The translations under genes and the position numbers were made by a program. A DNA stretch of 58,329 nucleotides from Ignavibacteria bacterium (GTDB lineage Bacteria; Bacteroidota; Ignavibacteria; Tepidaquicellales; OLB5), in contig JAYTUN010000139.1 in the NCBI GenBank assembly GCA_043744495.1, positions 1 to 58,329 of the forward strand. The letters run 5' to 3'. This document shows positions 26,787 to 36,551 of the stretch, piece by piece. The notes under the pieces were generated by a model, which was not told where the DNA came from, ran no database searches, and saw nothing but the letters and a program-made list of their open reading frames with translations. The first letter of the stretch is position 1, and each line of letters begins with the position of its first letter.

Positions 26787-29246
26787 CTACAGCTTACCTG
26801 TGATATTTTTTATTTTCAGGGAATATTCCCTAACAAGCTGTTCGGCGCGCTTGTGTGTTTTTGCCTCAGCGTTAACGTGAAATATTTCCCGCTCGCTATC
26901 GGGTATACAAAGAACCCATGTGTATTCATCAAAGAAAATTTTAATTCCGTCTATCATCTGCCTCTGCAATCCTTCGGAATCTTCAACAAGCCTGCGCATT
27001 ATTTTCCCTTTCTGGTCAAGTGTACAAAAGACGTTATTCTTAGCCATGTGAAGAACGGGTGTTTTCTTTTCTATTTCACTGAGTGTTCTGTGAGATCTTG
27101 CGGCAAGCTCCAGGATCTTCATAATAGAAAACATCCCGTCTGTTGCAAAAGAAAATTCTGGAAAAATAACGCCGCCTTTTGTGCCGCCGGCAAGCTCAAC
27201 ATCAGGGTCAGCGGTTGCATTCATAATTGCAAAGTGAGAGTCCTTTACCCTGAGAATATCCGTGAAATATTTCTTTGCAACAATATCAATTTCCCCGGAA
27301 GCCTGTATTGGCACTGCTATCTTTTTAGTCTTTGGATATAAGCTGAGATACATAAAAACCACAAGGCTCAGGAAACGGTCATAGCTTAATATCTTTCCGG
27401 TATTATCAACAAGATAAATTTTTTCGCCGCCCGCATCAATTAAAAAGCCGGCGTCGTATTTTAATGACGTAACAATATACGAAAGCTGCTGAAGCGCAAT
27501 TTTAAACTCTTCGGGTGAGCGCGCCTGTTTTGCGGCATCAAGGTGTGAATCAAGCGTAACAAGCTCAATGTTAAAATCACCCAGAATGTTAGGCAGAATT
27601 GTTGAAGTTATGCCGTGTGAGAAGTTAATTGCAATTTTAAATTTTCTGCGGTTGATAATATCCTTATCAAGCAGAGATATGAAACGCTCTTTGTAACTTT
27701 CATAAGTCCTTTCGGCATAACTGATGGAGCCTATTTTATCAAACGGGATGGGACGAGCATCGTTTGAAATGACAAGCCGTTCAATTGATTTTATCTTGGC
27801 AGAAGAAAGATCCTTGCCATTAGAATCAAAGAATATAATATCGCATCTTGATGAGTCAAAAGGAGATTTCCTGACGAAGATACCTCCGGATGCTTTTCCT
27901 TTTCCAAGCTCCTGTCTTAAAATCGGGATAGGCGTTGTTTGATACTCCAGCACAGTAACACCACCTGAGAGCAGCCCGCTTGTGATAGAGCCTTTTATCA
28001 TAAGTGATACATTATCAATATCACGAGAGATAATTATTTTGGATTCAAGTCCCGCAAATACACCGTAAGCCATACCAAGTTTAGCGCTGAAATCAGGGGT
28101 AATTTCTATGTTTGATAGCCCCGTAATGCGTGAGTCAGTAAACAGGGAATCTTTCCATCGTTCCTCCCATATCAGGTTTTTATTAACAACGGAATTGCTA
28201 TCAACTGTTTTTTGCGGCCAAATTTTTACGTTGCTGCGTATTGTTACATTGGTGCCAACAACTACATTGCTTCCGATAAATACATTTTCGTTAATTCTGC
28301 AGTTGGGTTTTATTTTAACATTATTGCAGATAACATCGTGATTGATTTTTGAGTTCTCTTCGATAACTGAATTGTTCCATAGAATAGAATCCTTTACAAC
28401 GGCTCCGGGCGCAATATAACACTTTGAGCCTATTACAGAATTAATAACTTTAGCTTTGCCAGATATCTTTGCATTTGCAGCAATGATATTTCCGTCTTTA
28501 GTATGCCCTTTGGCAAGCGGAAGATTGATTTTTCCTTTTAGAGCTTCGAGGTTTGTTTTAATATAGTCGTCAAGAGAGCCAACATCGCGCCAGTAACCGC
28601 TGAGTGTTGCGCCATAAAGCGGCATCTTGTGTTTAAGCAGATAAGGGAAGAGATCTTTGGAAAAATCACAGTCAGCTTTATTGCCCCGGGCTTTTGGAAC
28701 GAGTCCGAGGGTATCTTTTTCAAGAACGTATATTCCTGTATTAATTGTATCGCTGAACACTTCGCTCCACGAAGGTTTTTCGAAGAATTTGGTGATCCTG
28801 CCTTCTTTATCGGTAAGCACTATTCCAAACTGCAGCGGGTTCTTCGCGCGGGTAAGTACAAGCGTTGAAACAGATTTTTTTCTCTCGTGGAATTTAATTG
28901 CCTGTGAAAGATCAAAATCGGTAACAACATCGCCGCTTATGATAATAAAGCGGTCATTGATAAGTTCATATCCGCAGTAAACCGCGCCGGCTGTTCCGTA
29001 ATCAGCATCAGGTTTAACATACTGAATTTTAACTCCGAAATTTTTGCCGTCCTTAAAATAATCACGGATAACCTCAGCCTGGTGATAAAGTATCATTACT
29101 ATATCGGTGATCTCGTGTTTTTTAAGAAGCTCAATGATGTGTTCAATGATAGGCTTGTTTAAAAGCGGTGTCATTGGTTTTGGAATATTTGCTGTGAGCG
29201 GTCTAAGCCTTGTGCCAAATCCGCCTGCCATAACAACTGCCTGCAT
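26787..29246 (-). CDS. Fusion protein: sugar-1-phosphate nucleotidyltransferase, left-handed beta-helix, and PGM/PMM-like domain
   Basis: N-terminal MAGGFGTRLRPLT. Hexapeptide repeats around residues 255-345. C-terminal four-domain PGM/PMM-like layout with non-canonical catalytic loops. Confidence 0.8.
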   Translation of the reverse strand: MQAVVMAGGFGTRLRPLTANIPKPMTPLLNKPIIEHIIELLKKHEITDIVMILYHQAEVIRDYFKDGKNFGVKIQYVKPDADYGTAGAVYCGYELINDRFIIISGDVVTDFDLSQAIKFHERKKSVSTLVLTRAKNPLQFGIVLTDKEGRITKFFEKPSWSEVFSDTINTGIYVLEKDTLGLVPKARGNKADCDFSKDLFPYLLKHKMPLYGATLSGYWRDVGSLDDYIKTNLEALKGKINLPLAKGHTKDGNIIAANAKISGKAKVINSVIGSKCYIAPGAVVKDSILWNNSVIEENSKINHDVICNNVKIKPNCRINENVFIGSNVVVGTNVTIRSNVKIWPQKTVDSNSVVNKNLIWEERWKDSLFTDSRITGLSNIEITPDFSAKLGMAYGVFAGLESKIIISRDIDNVSLMIKGSITSGLLSGGVTVLEYQTTPIPILRQELGKGKASGGIFVRKSPFDSSRCDIIFFDSNGKDLSSAKIKSIERLVISNDARPIPFDKIGSISYAERTYESYKERFISLLDKDIINRRKFKIAINFSHGITSTILPNILGDFNIELVTLDSHLDAAKQARSPEEFKIALQQLSYIVTSLKYDAGFLIDAGGEKIYLVDNTGKILSYDRFLSLVVFMYLSLYPKTKKIAVPIQASGEIDIVAKKYFTDILRVKDSHFAIMNATADPDVELAGGTKGGVIFPEFSFATDGMFSIMKILELAARSHRTLSEIEKKTPVLHMAKNNVFCTLDQKGKIMRRLVEDSEGLQRQMIDGIKIFFDEYTWVLCIPDSEREIFHVNAEAKTHKRAEQLVREYSLKIKNITGKL

Positions 29247-29351
29247 AGTGTGTTTTTCCTTTATTTATTTATACAGCACTTATATAGCATTGACGCAGTC
29301 AATGCACTCCAAAGAAAATCGAAAAAAAAAGCATTGAGCTTAACAACTCAT

Positions 29352-29379
29352 TTTTGCCTTTTTACTTTTGGCTTTTCAC
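29352..29379 (-). repeat. Period-7 array gtgaaaa gccaaaa gtaaaaa ggcaaaa directly after the lemA stop (minus strand)
   Basis: Reverse complement of 29352-29379 read directly. Confidence 0.7.
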
Positions 29380-29997
29380 TTACTTATTTTCTTTCTTCTT
29401 GTTGAAGTCAAAATTTACATCAGGCGCTTTATCGGTTCCCGGGGCTGATTTGAAATACTGCTTTTCCTTAAAACCCATTATCTTTGCAGTTATTAAAGTG
29501 GGAAACCTTCTGACTGATGTGTTATACTCTTGCACGGCTTCGTTGAATTTTTTTCTTTCAACAGATATGCGGTTTTCGGTGCCTTCAAGTTGTGACTGCA
29601 ATTGTAAAAAATTTTCGTTTGCTTTAAGCTGCGGATAGTTTTCAACTACAACAAGCAATCTGGATAGAGCGCCGGAAAGCTTATCCTGGGCATCCTGAAA
29701 CATTTTGAATTTTTCCTCATCTGCAAGGTCATCGGTTGAAAGCTTAATCTGCCCAACCTTAGAGCGAAGCTCTGTAACTTCAATTAAAACTCCTTTTTCA
29801 AAATCAGCGTAACCCTGAACGGTTTTAACTAAATTAGGAATAAGATCAGCGCGTCTTTGATACTGGTTTTCAACCTGCGCCCATGCCTGGTTAACCTTTT
29901 CGTCCTGCTCAATCAGTGTATTATATCCGCAACCAGAAAGCGAGGATATAATTATTGCCAGGAATGCTAAACGTAGAATATATTTAATTTTTGGCAT
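29380..29997 (-). CDS. lemA: LemA family protein (lipoprotein signal)
   Basis: LSGCGYN lipobox. NQAWAQVENQYQRRADLIPNLV and ENRISVERKKFNEAVQEYN are typical of LemA. Confidence 0.85.
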   Translation of the reverse strand: MPKIKYILRLAFLAIIISSLSGCGYNTLIEQDEKVNQAWAQVENQYQRRADLIPNLVKTVQGYADFEKGVLIEVTELRSKVGQIKLSTDDLADEEKFKMFQDAQDKLSGALSRLLVVVENYPQLKANENFLQLQSQLEGTENRISVERKKFNEAVQEYNTSVRRFPTLITAKIMGFKEKQYFKSAPGTDKAPDVNFDFNKKKENK

Positions 29998-30406
29998 ATT
30001 TTTAGTATTAATTTAAGGAAAATTACGAAAGATAGTATTGAAATACAATTTGAAAAAAATGGTGGAAAAACAGAGGCAATACATCAGCTTAAGGCAGTAT
30101 TAATGTATTTATGGGTGAGGGAAAACATCAGATAAACAGACATGATGCAGAGTTTAGAAATTGTCCGTCAGATTTGTCCAAAGGACTTCTTCGAAGAGAA
30201 TCTGACAGGAGCACTGAGTATTTAATAAACACTATGTAGAAATATCAGTGACCGCTGTTGGTGATTGTTGTATTATGGTATTCTTTACTTTCAGAGTTTA
30301 CATAAAAAACAAAAGCAAAGAATAAAAACAGGAAAATTTATACTATTATAGTAAAAATATTAAAAGGGAAAGTAGATTTAGCTTAAAGTATGTAACAATA
30401 ATTTAT

Positions 30407-31531
30407 CTAATTGGAAAATCCTGCTGCGTTTTTTTTCTTCGCTAACCTTACAAGTATAATCATATTAATAAAAAATCCAAGAATGGTTAAACCGTTTAAC
30501 ATTCCGGCAAGAGCTTTTAAAGGCGCAATATCAGGGAAGACACATAAAACCCGCAACATAAGTGTTAAGTTTAATAGTATATACCAGGTATAAAGCGATT
30601 TTCCAAATGGACTGATATTTAATTTTAGAACAGCAGGCAGAATTACCGGGGCGTGGGCAAAGATCATTAAAAATACAAATCCAAGGAAAAAGGAATGTAT
30701 GGAAGCATCATAGAATGCCCCGTAAAACGTGCCTGCCGCGAAAAACAGTCCTGTTATCACAAGCCAGAAATATCCTGTTGTAAGCAGCAAACCCGAATAA
30801 AAACTCTGACCCGGTTTTTTAAGTGAGTGCTTTGCCATATCATATTTAAACAGCCATACCGCCGAGCCAATCAGTGATATTGCGGCGGCATACCCGCCAA
30901 ATGAGTGGAAGGGAAGGATAATACCAATAACAAAGATACCAAGCAGAACTATAAGCGTAAGCTGCTTTATGAAAACATTTTTATTCATTACGAACCGGGA
31001 TAGCTCCACTCGTTCACCGGTAATGGTGAAGAACAAAAATGCTATCCACCACATAACAGACGCGGGGTAAAATGAAGTATTTATCAATATTGCATTGCCG
31101 ATAAAATAACACAACGCACCCGATAACATTATTAATATATAGATACCTTTATGCTTTACATAGAGGAAATAATAAATAGTAACTAACCCCGCAGAACCGA
31201 GGAGAAGAAAAATGTATGCAATACCAGGAAGATATAACAGAAAAAAAATAATACTGCAAGCATTGAGCAGAGGTACTAATAATGCAATTTTATTGGGGTA
31301 GCTTACGCTTCGCTCAAGACAGATCAAAGTTCCAATGAACGAGCCAACCATAAGCGCACCATGCTCACCAGCTGATAAACTGAAAGGAAAATTCCAGCCA
31401 ACTCTGAACCATCCTGAAAAAATTCCGGTAAGCAAGCTTAAAAAGATAAGCGGAAGAATTAATAAGTGTTTATTTTTTCTGCTCAACAATTCGAGTAGTT
31501 GACCAAAGGCAGATTTCATTTCATTCAACAT
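30407..31531 (-). CDS. Polytopic membrane protein, unknown family
   Basis: 374 aa with about 11-12 hydrophobic segments. Conserved-looking His motifs (GEHGALMVGSFIGTLICLERS; FAHAPV). Confidence 0.5.
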   Translation of the reverse strand: MLNEMKSAFGQLLELLSRKNKHLLILPLIFLSLLTGIFSGWFRVGWNFPFSLSAGEHGALMVGSFIGTLICLERSVSYPNKIALLVPLLNACSIIFFLLYLPGIAYIFLLLGSAGLVTIYYFLYVKHKGIYILIMLSGALCYFIGNAILINTSFYPASVMWWIAFLFFTITGERVELSRFVMNKNVFIKQLTLIVLLGIFVIGIILPFHSFGGYAAAISLIGSAVWLFKYDMAKHSLKKPGQSFYSGLLLTTGYFWLVITGLFFAAGTFYGAFYDASIHSFFLGFVFLMIFAHAPVILPAVLKLNISPFGKSLYTWYILLNLTLMLRVLCVFPDIAPLKALAGMLNGLTILGFFINMIILVRLAKKKNAAGFSN

Positions 31532-31603
31532 ATTGTTTTATGTGTGTTCATCTAAACAAAAATAGAAAAAAAGAATTAAAAGTCATTTGACTTAAATCAA
31601 TAA

Positions 31604-31673
31604 ATAACTCACCTTACGCAAAACCATACACTCCTTTCCTCCGAGGGAGTCCTTCGGACAAACTCCAGTTTGG
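31604..31673. repeat. Family A repeat, copy 2 (left end only)
   Basis: aataactcaccttacgcaaaaccatacac..cctccgagggagtccttcggacaaactccagtttgg is almost identical to the left part of the 42969 copy. Confidence 0.6.
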
Positions 31674-31849
31674 GACGTTACTTTATATGGGTTGGGGAAC
31701 GGAAAGATATTGCATAAATACTGCTTTTTACCTTATAGGATTGAAACATTCCCCCAAAATGGTTAAAATTGCATAATATCTATTCATCGTTATTGGTCAT
31801 GCTTTACTGGATTTTCAGTTGACCAACAACACAAATACTATTATTGCAA

Positions 31850-32731
31850 ATGAAGAACATACTAAAAATTGTTTTAATACTTGGATTAATATTATCGCAG
31901 AATATTTATTCTCAATGCTCTGATGCCGGTATATGTGTTATAGGGAAGCATCACATCAAGGAATTTGCGAAGAAGAAAAACATCGCATCGCTTGGATATA
32001 TTTACGGTGTGAGCGGTAAGGATGCTGACCAGAACGGAGAGCTGAATAACTTAAGCTTTGGATCATTCAAGTTTGAAGCAGATATTGAAATTCCAAATGC
32101 GCTAAGGGTGAATGCATCTATTCCATTTACATTTATTTCTGGTTCGCTTGGCGAAAATAACGGCATAGGTGATCTTGCAGTTGTGCTATCCAAATCATTT
32201 GTGATAAAGAAAAAAAACATACTAACATTTTCGCTTGGCGGTAAGTTTGCAACCGGGAAAGTTAATTCAAACGACTCGCTGCCGCAAAGATATATGACCG
32301 GGCTTGGTACAAATGACCTTATAATTGGCGCAGTTTATACAAGGGATAATTATTATTTTGGAATTGGGTACCAAAAATCATTTGGCAGAAGCAGTAATTA
32401 TGTTACCAGACTCAAAAGAGGCGATGATGTTTTTGTAAGGGCGGGATTTTTTGAAGAGTTTAACAAGGTTGGGGTAAAAGCAGAAATACTTACTATATTA
32501 AGACTTCAGGCATCAAGTGTCCGCGACCCGCTTGGCGCAGGAGAGAGTTTTATTACCGTTGGCAGCAGTAACGAAACACAGGTTAATATGCTTTGCTCCG
32601 CAAACTACCACGCATCAGATGGCCTAACTTTCGGATTGTTTGCCGCGATACCATTTTTAAAAAGAAATTACAATTTTGACGGATTGAAAAGAACACTGAC
32701 GATATCTGGGATCGTATCATACAGTTTTTAA
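31850..32731 (+). CDS. Putative outer-membrane beta-barrel protein
   Basis: Signal peptide MKNILKIVLILGLILSQNIYSQ, alternating beta-strand pattern, and C-terminal ..GIVSYSF ending in aromatic Phe. Confidence 0.5.
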   Translation: MKNILKIVLILGLILSQNIYSQCSDAGICVIGKHHIKEFAKKKNIASLGYIYGVSGKDADQNGELNNLSFGSFKFEADIEIPNALRVNASIPFTFISGSLGENNGIGDLAVVLSKSFVIKKKNILTFSLGGKFATGKVNSNDSLPQRYMTGLGTNDLIIGAVYTRDNYYFGIGYQKSFGRSSNYVTRLKRGDDVFVRAGFFEEFNKVGVKAEILTILRLQASSVRDPLGAGESFITVGSSNETQVNMLCSANYHASDGLTFGLFAAIPFLKRNYNFDGLKRTLTISGIVSYSF

Positions 32732-32736
32732 ATCTG

Positions 32737-33612
32737 TTATTTTTCCCACCAGCGATTATCGTTTGTATCGAATGATTCAGGCTCAGTTGGTTTTTCCAGA
32801 CCAACTATTTTGCTTTCGTAACCTGCATTAACCGTTATGGCATTTTGAGGAAGGGTTTCGCTTAGGTCTTTCTGCAGCTCCTGCATCTTTTTGGTGAATT
32901 CTTCGATGCTGATTTTTCCACTCTGGTAATCTTCGGTAAGTTTTTTCATTTCTGCACCTTTTTCCACAGTCTTTTTTTTGATAGCTTCACTTTCCATGTT
33001 TCGTCCAAAGGTAACCGAGCCTACAAAAACTTTAAGTACATTTGAAACCAGATCGCCCTCTTTTAGAATTTCAAGAGAGAATGTTGTCCCCTTTATCCTT
33101 AAGCAGCCTAAATCTGTACAAATTGAGAGGGTTTTTGGGAGCAGAGGATTCCAATCTATACCAAGTTTGCCTGCTTCTAAAGACATTATTACATTAGGTG
33201 GATTTCTGCAATAATCCTTGACCACGATTTCACCACGCTCACCGCCAAAAAACAGGTTTTCCCCATTCTCCAACTGTGCAACAATAAAATCTTTATCGTT
33301 TTCCGCTGTTATAGTTTCTCCTGCTTTTACCATATCACCTTCTTTAAGAATCCTTTTTTCTCGTATATAAACCCATACGTATTCATCTCCACAAGCCTTT
33401 TCTCTCAGCTTAGTTACAACTGTTCCAATTACATTGCCATTAACACGTAGTATTTGCATCAGGCAATCTTCATCTGTTTTTTGAAAGTTAGCAGAAATTT
33501 CATTTGCCCCGTCAAATAGCAGCGTGTCATACCCGCCGGAATACAATTGAGCTAAGCAACTTGTGGAAATAAAAAATAGAATAAACAGAATGCTAAAATA
33601 AATTGTTTTCAT
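32737..33612 (-). CDS. Secreted FecR-domain-like protein (paralog of 35653..36543)
   Basis: Signal peptide. KAGETITAENDKDFIVAQLENGENLFFGGERGEIVV resembles a FecR fold. The C-terminal block GSVTFG...EEFTKKM...ITVNAG..S..VG...PTEP is shared with the paralog. Confidence 0.45.
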   Translation of the reverse strand: MKTIYFSILFILFFISTSCLAQLYSGGYDTLLFDGANEISANFQKTDEDCLMQILRVNGNVIGTVVTKLREKACGDEYVWVYIREKRILKEGDMVKAGETITAENDKDFIVAQLENGENLFFGGERGEIVVKDYCRNPPNVIMSLEAGKLGIDWNPLLPKTLSICTDLGCLRIKGTTFSLEILKEGDLVSNVLKVFVGSVTFGRNMESEAIKKKTVEKGAEMKKLTEDYQSGKISIEEFTKKMQELQKDLSETLPQNAITVNAGYESKIVGLEKPTEPESFDTNDNRWWEK

Positions 33613-33640
33613 TGTATTTTTGTTATTTAGTTATTTTAAC

Positions 33641-34225
33641 TTACTGAATGTATGATAAGTTTAACATCGTCATATTCAAATATCCGTTTAAGATTTCATT
33701 GTCAAATAAAGCGTTATACTGTATTTCCCAGCACAGCCCAATACCTTGGTATAGCTTTACATTAAAACCAGCCCCAGCATTTATTCCGAAGATTGTTTGA
33801 TCTTTATTAATTTTTATTTCGCCCTCCTTGTTCTGCGAAAATGAATGAGTCCCTAGCCCAAGGATTCCATATAAATTCCAGGATTTTTTTCTTTTGAATG
33901 TTCCCAGCAGAAAATCCGTTTTCAATGAAATTGCATTAAAGCTCCCGCTTAAAACCTGCCGGTCACTTCTGAAAACATAATCAGAAAAAGTATTATAATT
34001 TAACTGAAGCCGGGCTCCGGCATAATTATTGAATAAGTATCCGGCTGAAATATTAAACGAAGCGCCTACTATATCAGCATCCCTGGGAACATCCATTTTT
34101 AAATCCGGAAACGATATACCGAAACCGGCTGTACCAATGAAACCGTTGTTCTTTTGAGTCTTTAACTGCGTATATGATGTATTATTAAAAGTAAATATTA
34201 ATAACAATATGATAATAATTTTCAT
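33641..34225 (-). CDS. Small outer-membrane beta-barrel protein (OmpA-barrel/OMP_b-brl-like)
   Basis: 194 aa with a signal peptide and alternating amphipathic strands (GTAGFGISF, ISAGYLF, GILGLGTHSF, INAGAGFNV). Confidence 0.6.
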   Translation of the reverse strand: MKIIIILLLIFTFNNTSYTQLKTQKNNGFIGTAGFGISFPDLKMDVPRDADIVGASFNISAGYLFNNYAGARLQLNYNTFSDYVFRSDRQVLSGSFNAISLKTDFLLGTFKRKKSWNLYGILGLGTHSFSQNKEGEIKINKDQTIFGINAGAGFNVKLYQGIGLCWEIQYNALFDNEILNGYLNMTMLNLSYIQ

Positions 34226-34271
34226 ATTTGAGGAGTTGACATTAATTCAATAAAAAGTTTCTTAAAGTTTT

Positions 34272-35630
34272 TTATTTATATTTTATTGTAACAAAATCAG
34301 TGTTATACTTTTTATTTACAGTACTGTTACCCGTTACATATATATTTCCTGAATTATCAACGGCAACAGAAGAAGCATTGTCATTATCATCAGCAGGTCC
34401 GTTATACCTCTCAGCCCATTGCTGAACACCATCAGAATTATACTTAATTGTTGCGTAATCAGCGCCAGTGCCAATCCCTTCGCTTTGTCCAGTAATATAA
34501 ATATTCCCCGAATCATCAACAACTAAAGAGTTCACTAAATCATTTTTATTTCCGGGACCGTTATAACGGGTAGCCCATAGTTCATCTCCATCAAGATTAT
34601 ATTTGATTGTAGCATAATCAAATTCGCTCCCTTTGCCGGTGCTGTATCCTGTAATATAAATGTTTCTTTTTGAATCTAAAGTTATAAATCTCGCATAATC
34701 AACATCGCTGGCGGGACCATTATATTTACGAATCCAAAGAATTTCGCCGGCAAAATTATATTTTAAAGTTGCGAAGTCTGATTTGGTATTGTTACCGATA
34801 GTGCCTCCCGTTACATAAATATTTCCTGAATCATCAATGGCAAGTGAACGTGCAAAATCTGCATTGTTTTCCGGGCTGTTATAAATATTAACCCATTGCT
34901 GAACTCCATTTAGATCATATTTTATTGTAACGATGTTATAATGAGTTCCGCTGCTAACGCTGGATCCTGTTACAAAAACATTACCGTAATCATCAATAGC
35001 CATAGACTCCGGAGTATCTGTACCATTACCCGAGCCATTATACTTTGTAACCCATTGCTGGACCCCATTTGAATTGTATTTAATTGTGGCAAAATCTGCA
35101 TTGAAGGATCCTGTACCGTCGCTGCTTCCGGTAACATACACATTTCCAATGTTATCAATGGCAAGACATCCCGGGATATCATCCTTGTTCATCTTCCCGT
35201 TAAATCTCTGGATCCAAAGTTGGTTTCCGCTGGAGCTGTATTTTATTGTTACATAATCAGTTGCTCCGTTTTCCGCATCACTTCTTCCTGTAACGCAGAT
35301 ATTGCCGTTATCATCAACAGCCAAAGCAATTGGCAGATCATCTTCCAGAGGACCCGAATATCTGGCAGTCCACTGAAAGTCACCTTTTGAATTATATTTT
35401 ATAATATTATAGTCAGCTCCCGTATTCTTCCAATCGCTCATTCCTGAAACATATACATTACCATTTTTATCTGTTGCAATCTCATATGCGTTATCGTTTA
35501 ATTTATCCGGTCCATCATATCTTTGAATCCACTCGGCAGTTACCTGCGCATAAATAAAATTAAAATCCCATGTAACGAAGAATAATGTCAAAAATAAACC
35601 TTTTTTGATAATTTCTTTTATCTTCGGCAT
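34272..35630 (-). CDS. SBBP (beta-propeller) repeat protein, secreted, no T9SS tail
   Basis: About 8 repeats of YNGP...D.A.S.A.D..GNIYVTG.S......D..TIKY...G...W. Ends at ..FVTIKYK. Confidence 0.75.
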   Translation of the reverse strand: MPKIKEIIKKGLFLTLFFVTWDFNFIYAQVTAEWIQRYDGPDKLNDNAYEIATDKNGNVYVSGMSDWKNTGADYNIIKYNSKGDFQWTARYSGPLEDDLPIALAVDDNGNICVTGRSDAENGATDYVTIKYSSSGNQLWIQRFNGKMNKDDIPGCLAIDNIGNVYVTGSSDGTGSFNADFATIKYNSNGVQQWVTKYNGSGNGTDTPESMAIDDYGNVFVTGSSVSSGTHYNIVTIKYDLNGVQQWVNIYNSPENNADFARSLAIDDSGNIYVTGGTIGNNTKSDFATLKYNFAGEILWIRKYNGPASDVDYARFITLDSKRNIYITGYSTGKGSEFDYATIKYNLDGDELWATRYNGPGNKNDLVNSLVVDDSGNIYITGQSEGIGTGADYATIKYNSDGVQQWAERYNGPADDNDNASSVAVDNSGNIYVTGNSTVNKKYNTDFVTIKYK

Positions 35631-35652
35631 ATTATTAATATTTTATTAAAAG

Positions 35653-36543
35653 TTACTTCTTAAAATTAACGTCATCAAACCATTCATTACCTGTTGATTC
35701 TATCGGGACTGGCTCGGTAGGATTATCCATGCCAACCACCCTGCTTTGAAAACCTGCATTCACGGTTATTGCCTCAATACTTGCAGTTATATTTCCCTGA
35801 AATTCCATCATTTTTTTTGTAAATTCTTCAATGCTCACCCTTCCCGCCTGGAAATCTTTGGTAAGTTTTTTTATTTCAGCTTCTTTATTATCATTCTTTT
35901 TCGAAAGATCCTTATTCTGCATGTTCAAACCGAACGTGACGGAGCCTTCATACATTCTGATTAAGTCAGTGGTAATTTCTCCATCCTTGGTTGTTTCCAC
36001 TGAAAACTCAGTTTTTGTGATATGAACCATGCTTTGAGCAGTGGCAACATAGAGATTCCCTTCTTTCCCACCTTTTACGTGAACGCTTCCGGAAAACAGA
36101 TTTGCAATTCCACCCCCCATGCAATAATCTCTTCCCATTTGGAATTCAGTTGCCGGTCCCAGCCACACCCGTTTGCCATCTTTAAGTTCCAACTCAACCG
36201 TGCTGAAATCTTTGGTTCTGACAAAATCTTCCGAAACCAGAATATCACCCACTTTTACTTTTCCATATGTTATTTTATAGATAGTATCGGTTTCACCACA
36301 AACATTAAATATTTCTGAAGTTAAAATATTTCCCCATACTTCTCCTTTTACGCTTGTGACCTTCATGTTGCATTCCTCACGCAGGTAATCTGCGCTGCTG
36401 CTAGTGCCATCAAAAAGCAGCGAGTCATGCCCGCCGCCATAAATGCCCGCGATTGTTTTTGAGGAAGAGTATAGATTAGATGAAATCATACTTAGGATAA
36501 ACAGCGCTATTATATATTTAAAGACCAGGTTTATTTTATTCAT
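35653..36543 (-). CDS. Secreted FecR-domain-like protein (paralog of 32737..33612)
   Basis: Signal peptide. KVGDILVSEDFVRTKDFSTVELELKDGKRVWLGPATEF. The C-terminal block is shared with the paralog. Confidence 0.45.
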   Translation of the reverse strand: MNKINLVFKYIIALFILSMISSNLYSSSKTIAGIYGGGHDSLLFDGTSSSADYLREECNMKVTSVKGEVWGNILTSEIFNVCGETDTIYKITYGKVKVGDILVSEDFVRTKDFSTVELELKDGKRVWLGPATEFQMGRDYCMGGGIANLFSGSVHVKGGKEGNLYVATAQSMVHITKTEFSVETTKDGEITTDLIRMYEGSVTFGLNMQNKDLSKKNDNKEAEIKKLTKDFQAGRVSIEEFTKKMMEFQGNITASIEAITVNAGFQSRVVGMDNPTEPVPIESTGNEWFDDVNFKK

Positions 36544-36551
36544 GGTAATTA

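Noticed and set aside
29354-29638. 94-aa plus-strand ORF overlapping lemA
   Set aside because: It is antisense to a confidently identified LemA gene. Its 5' part is the reverse of the heptamer array.
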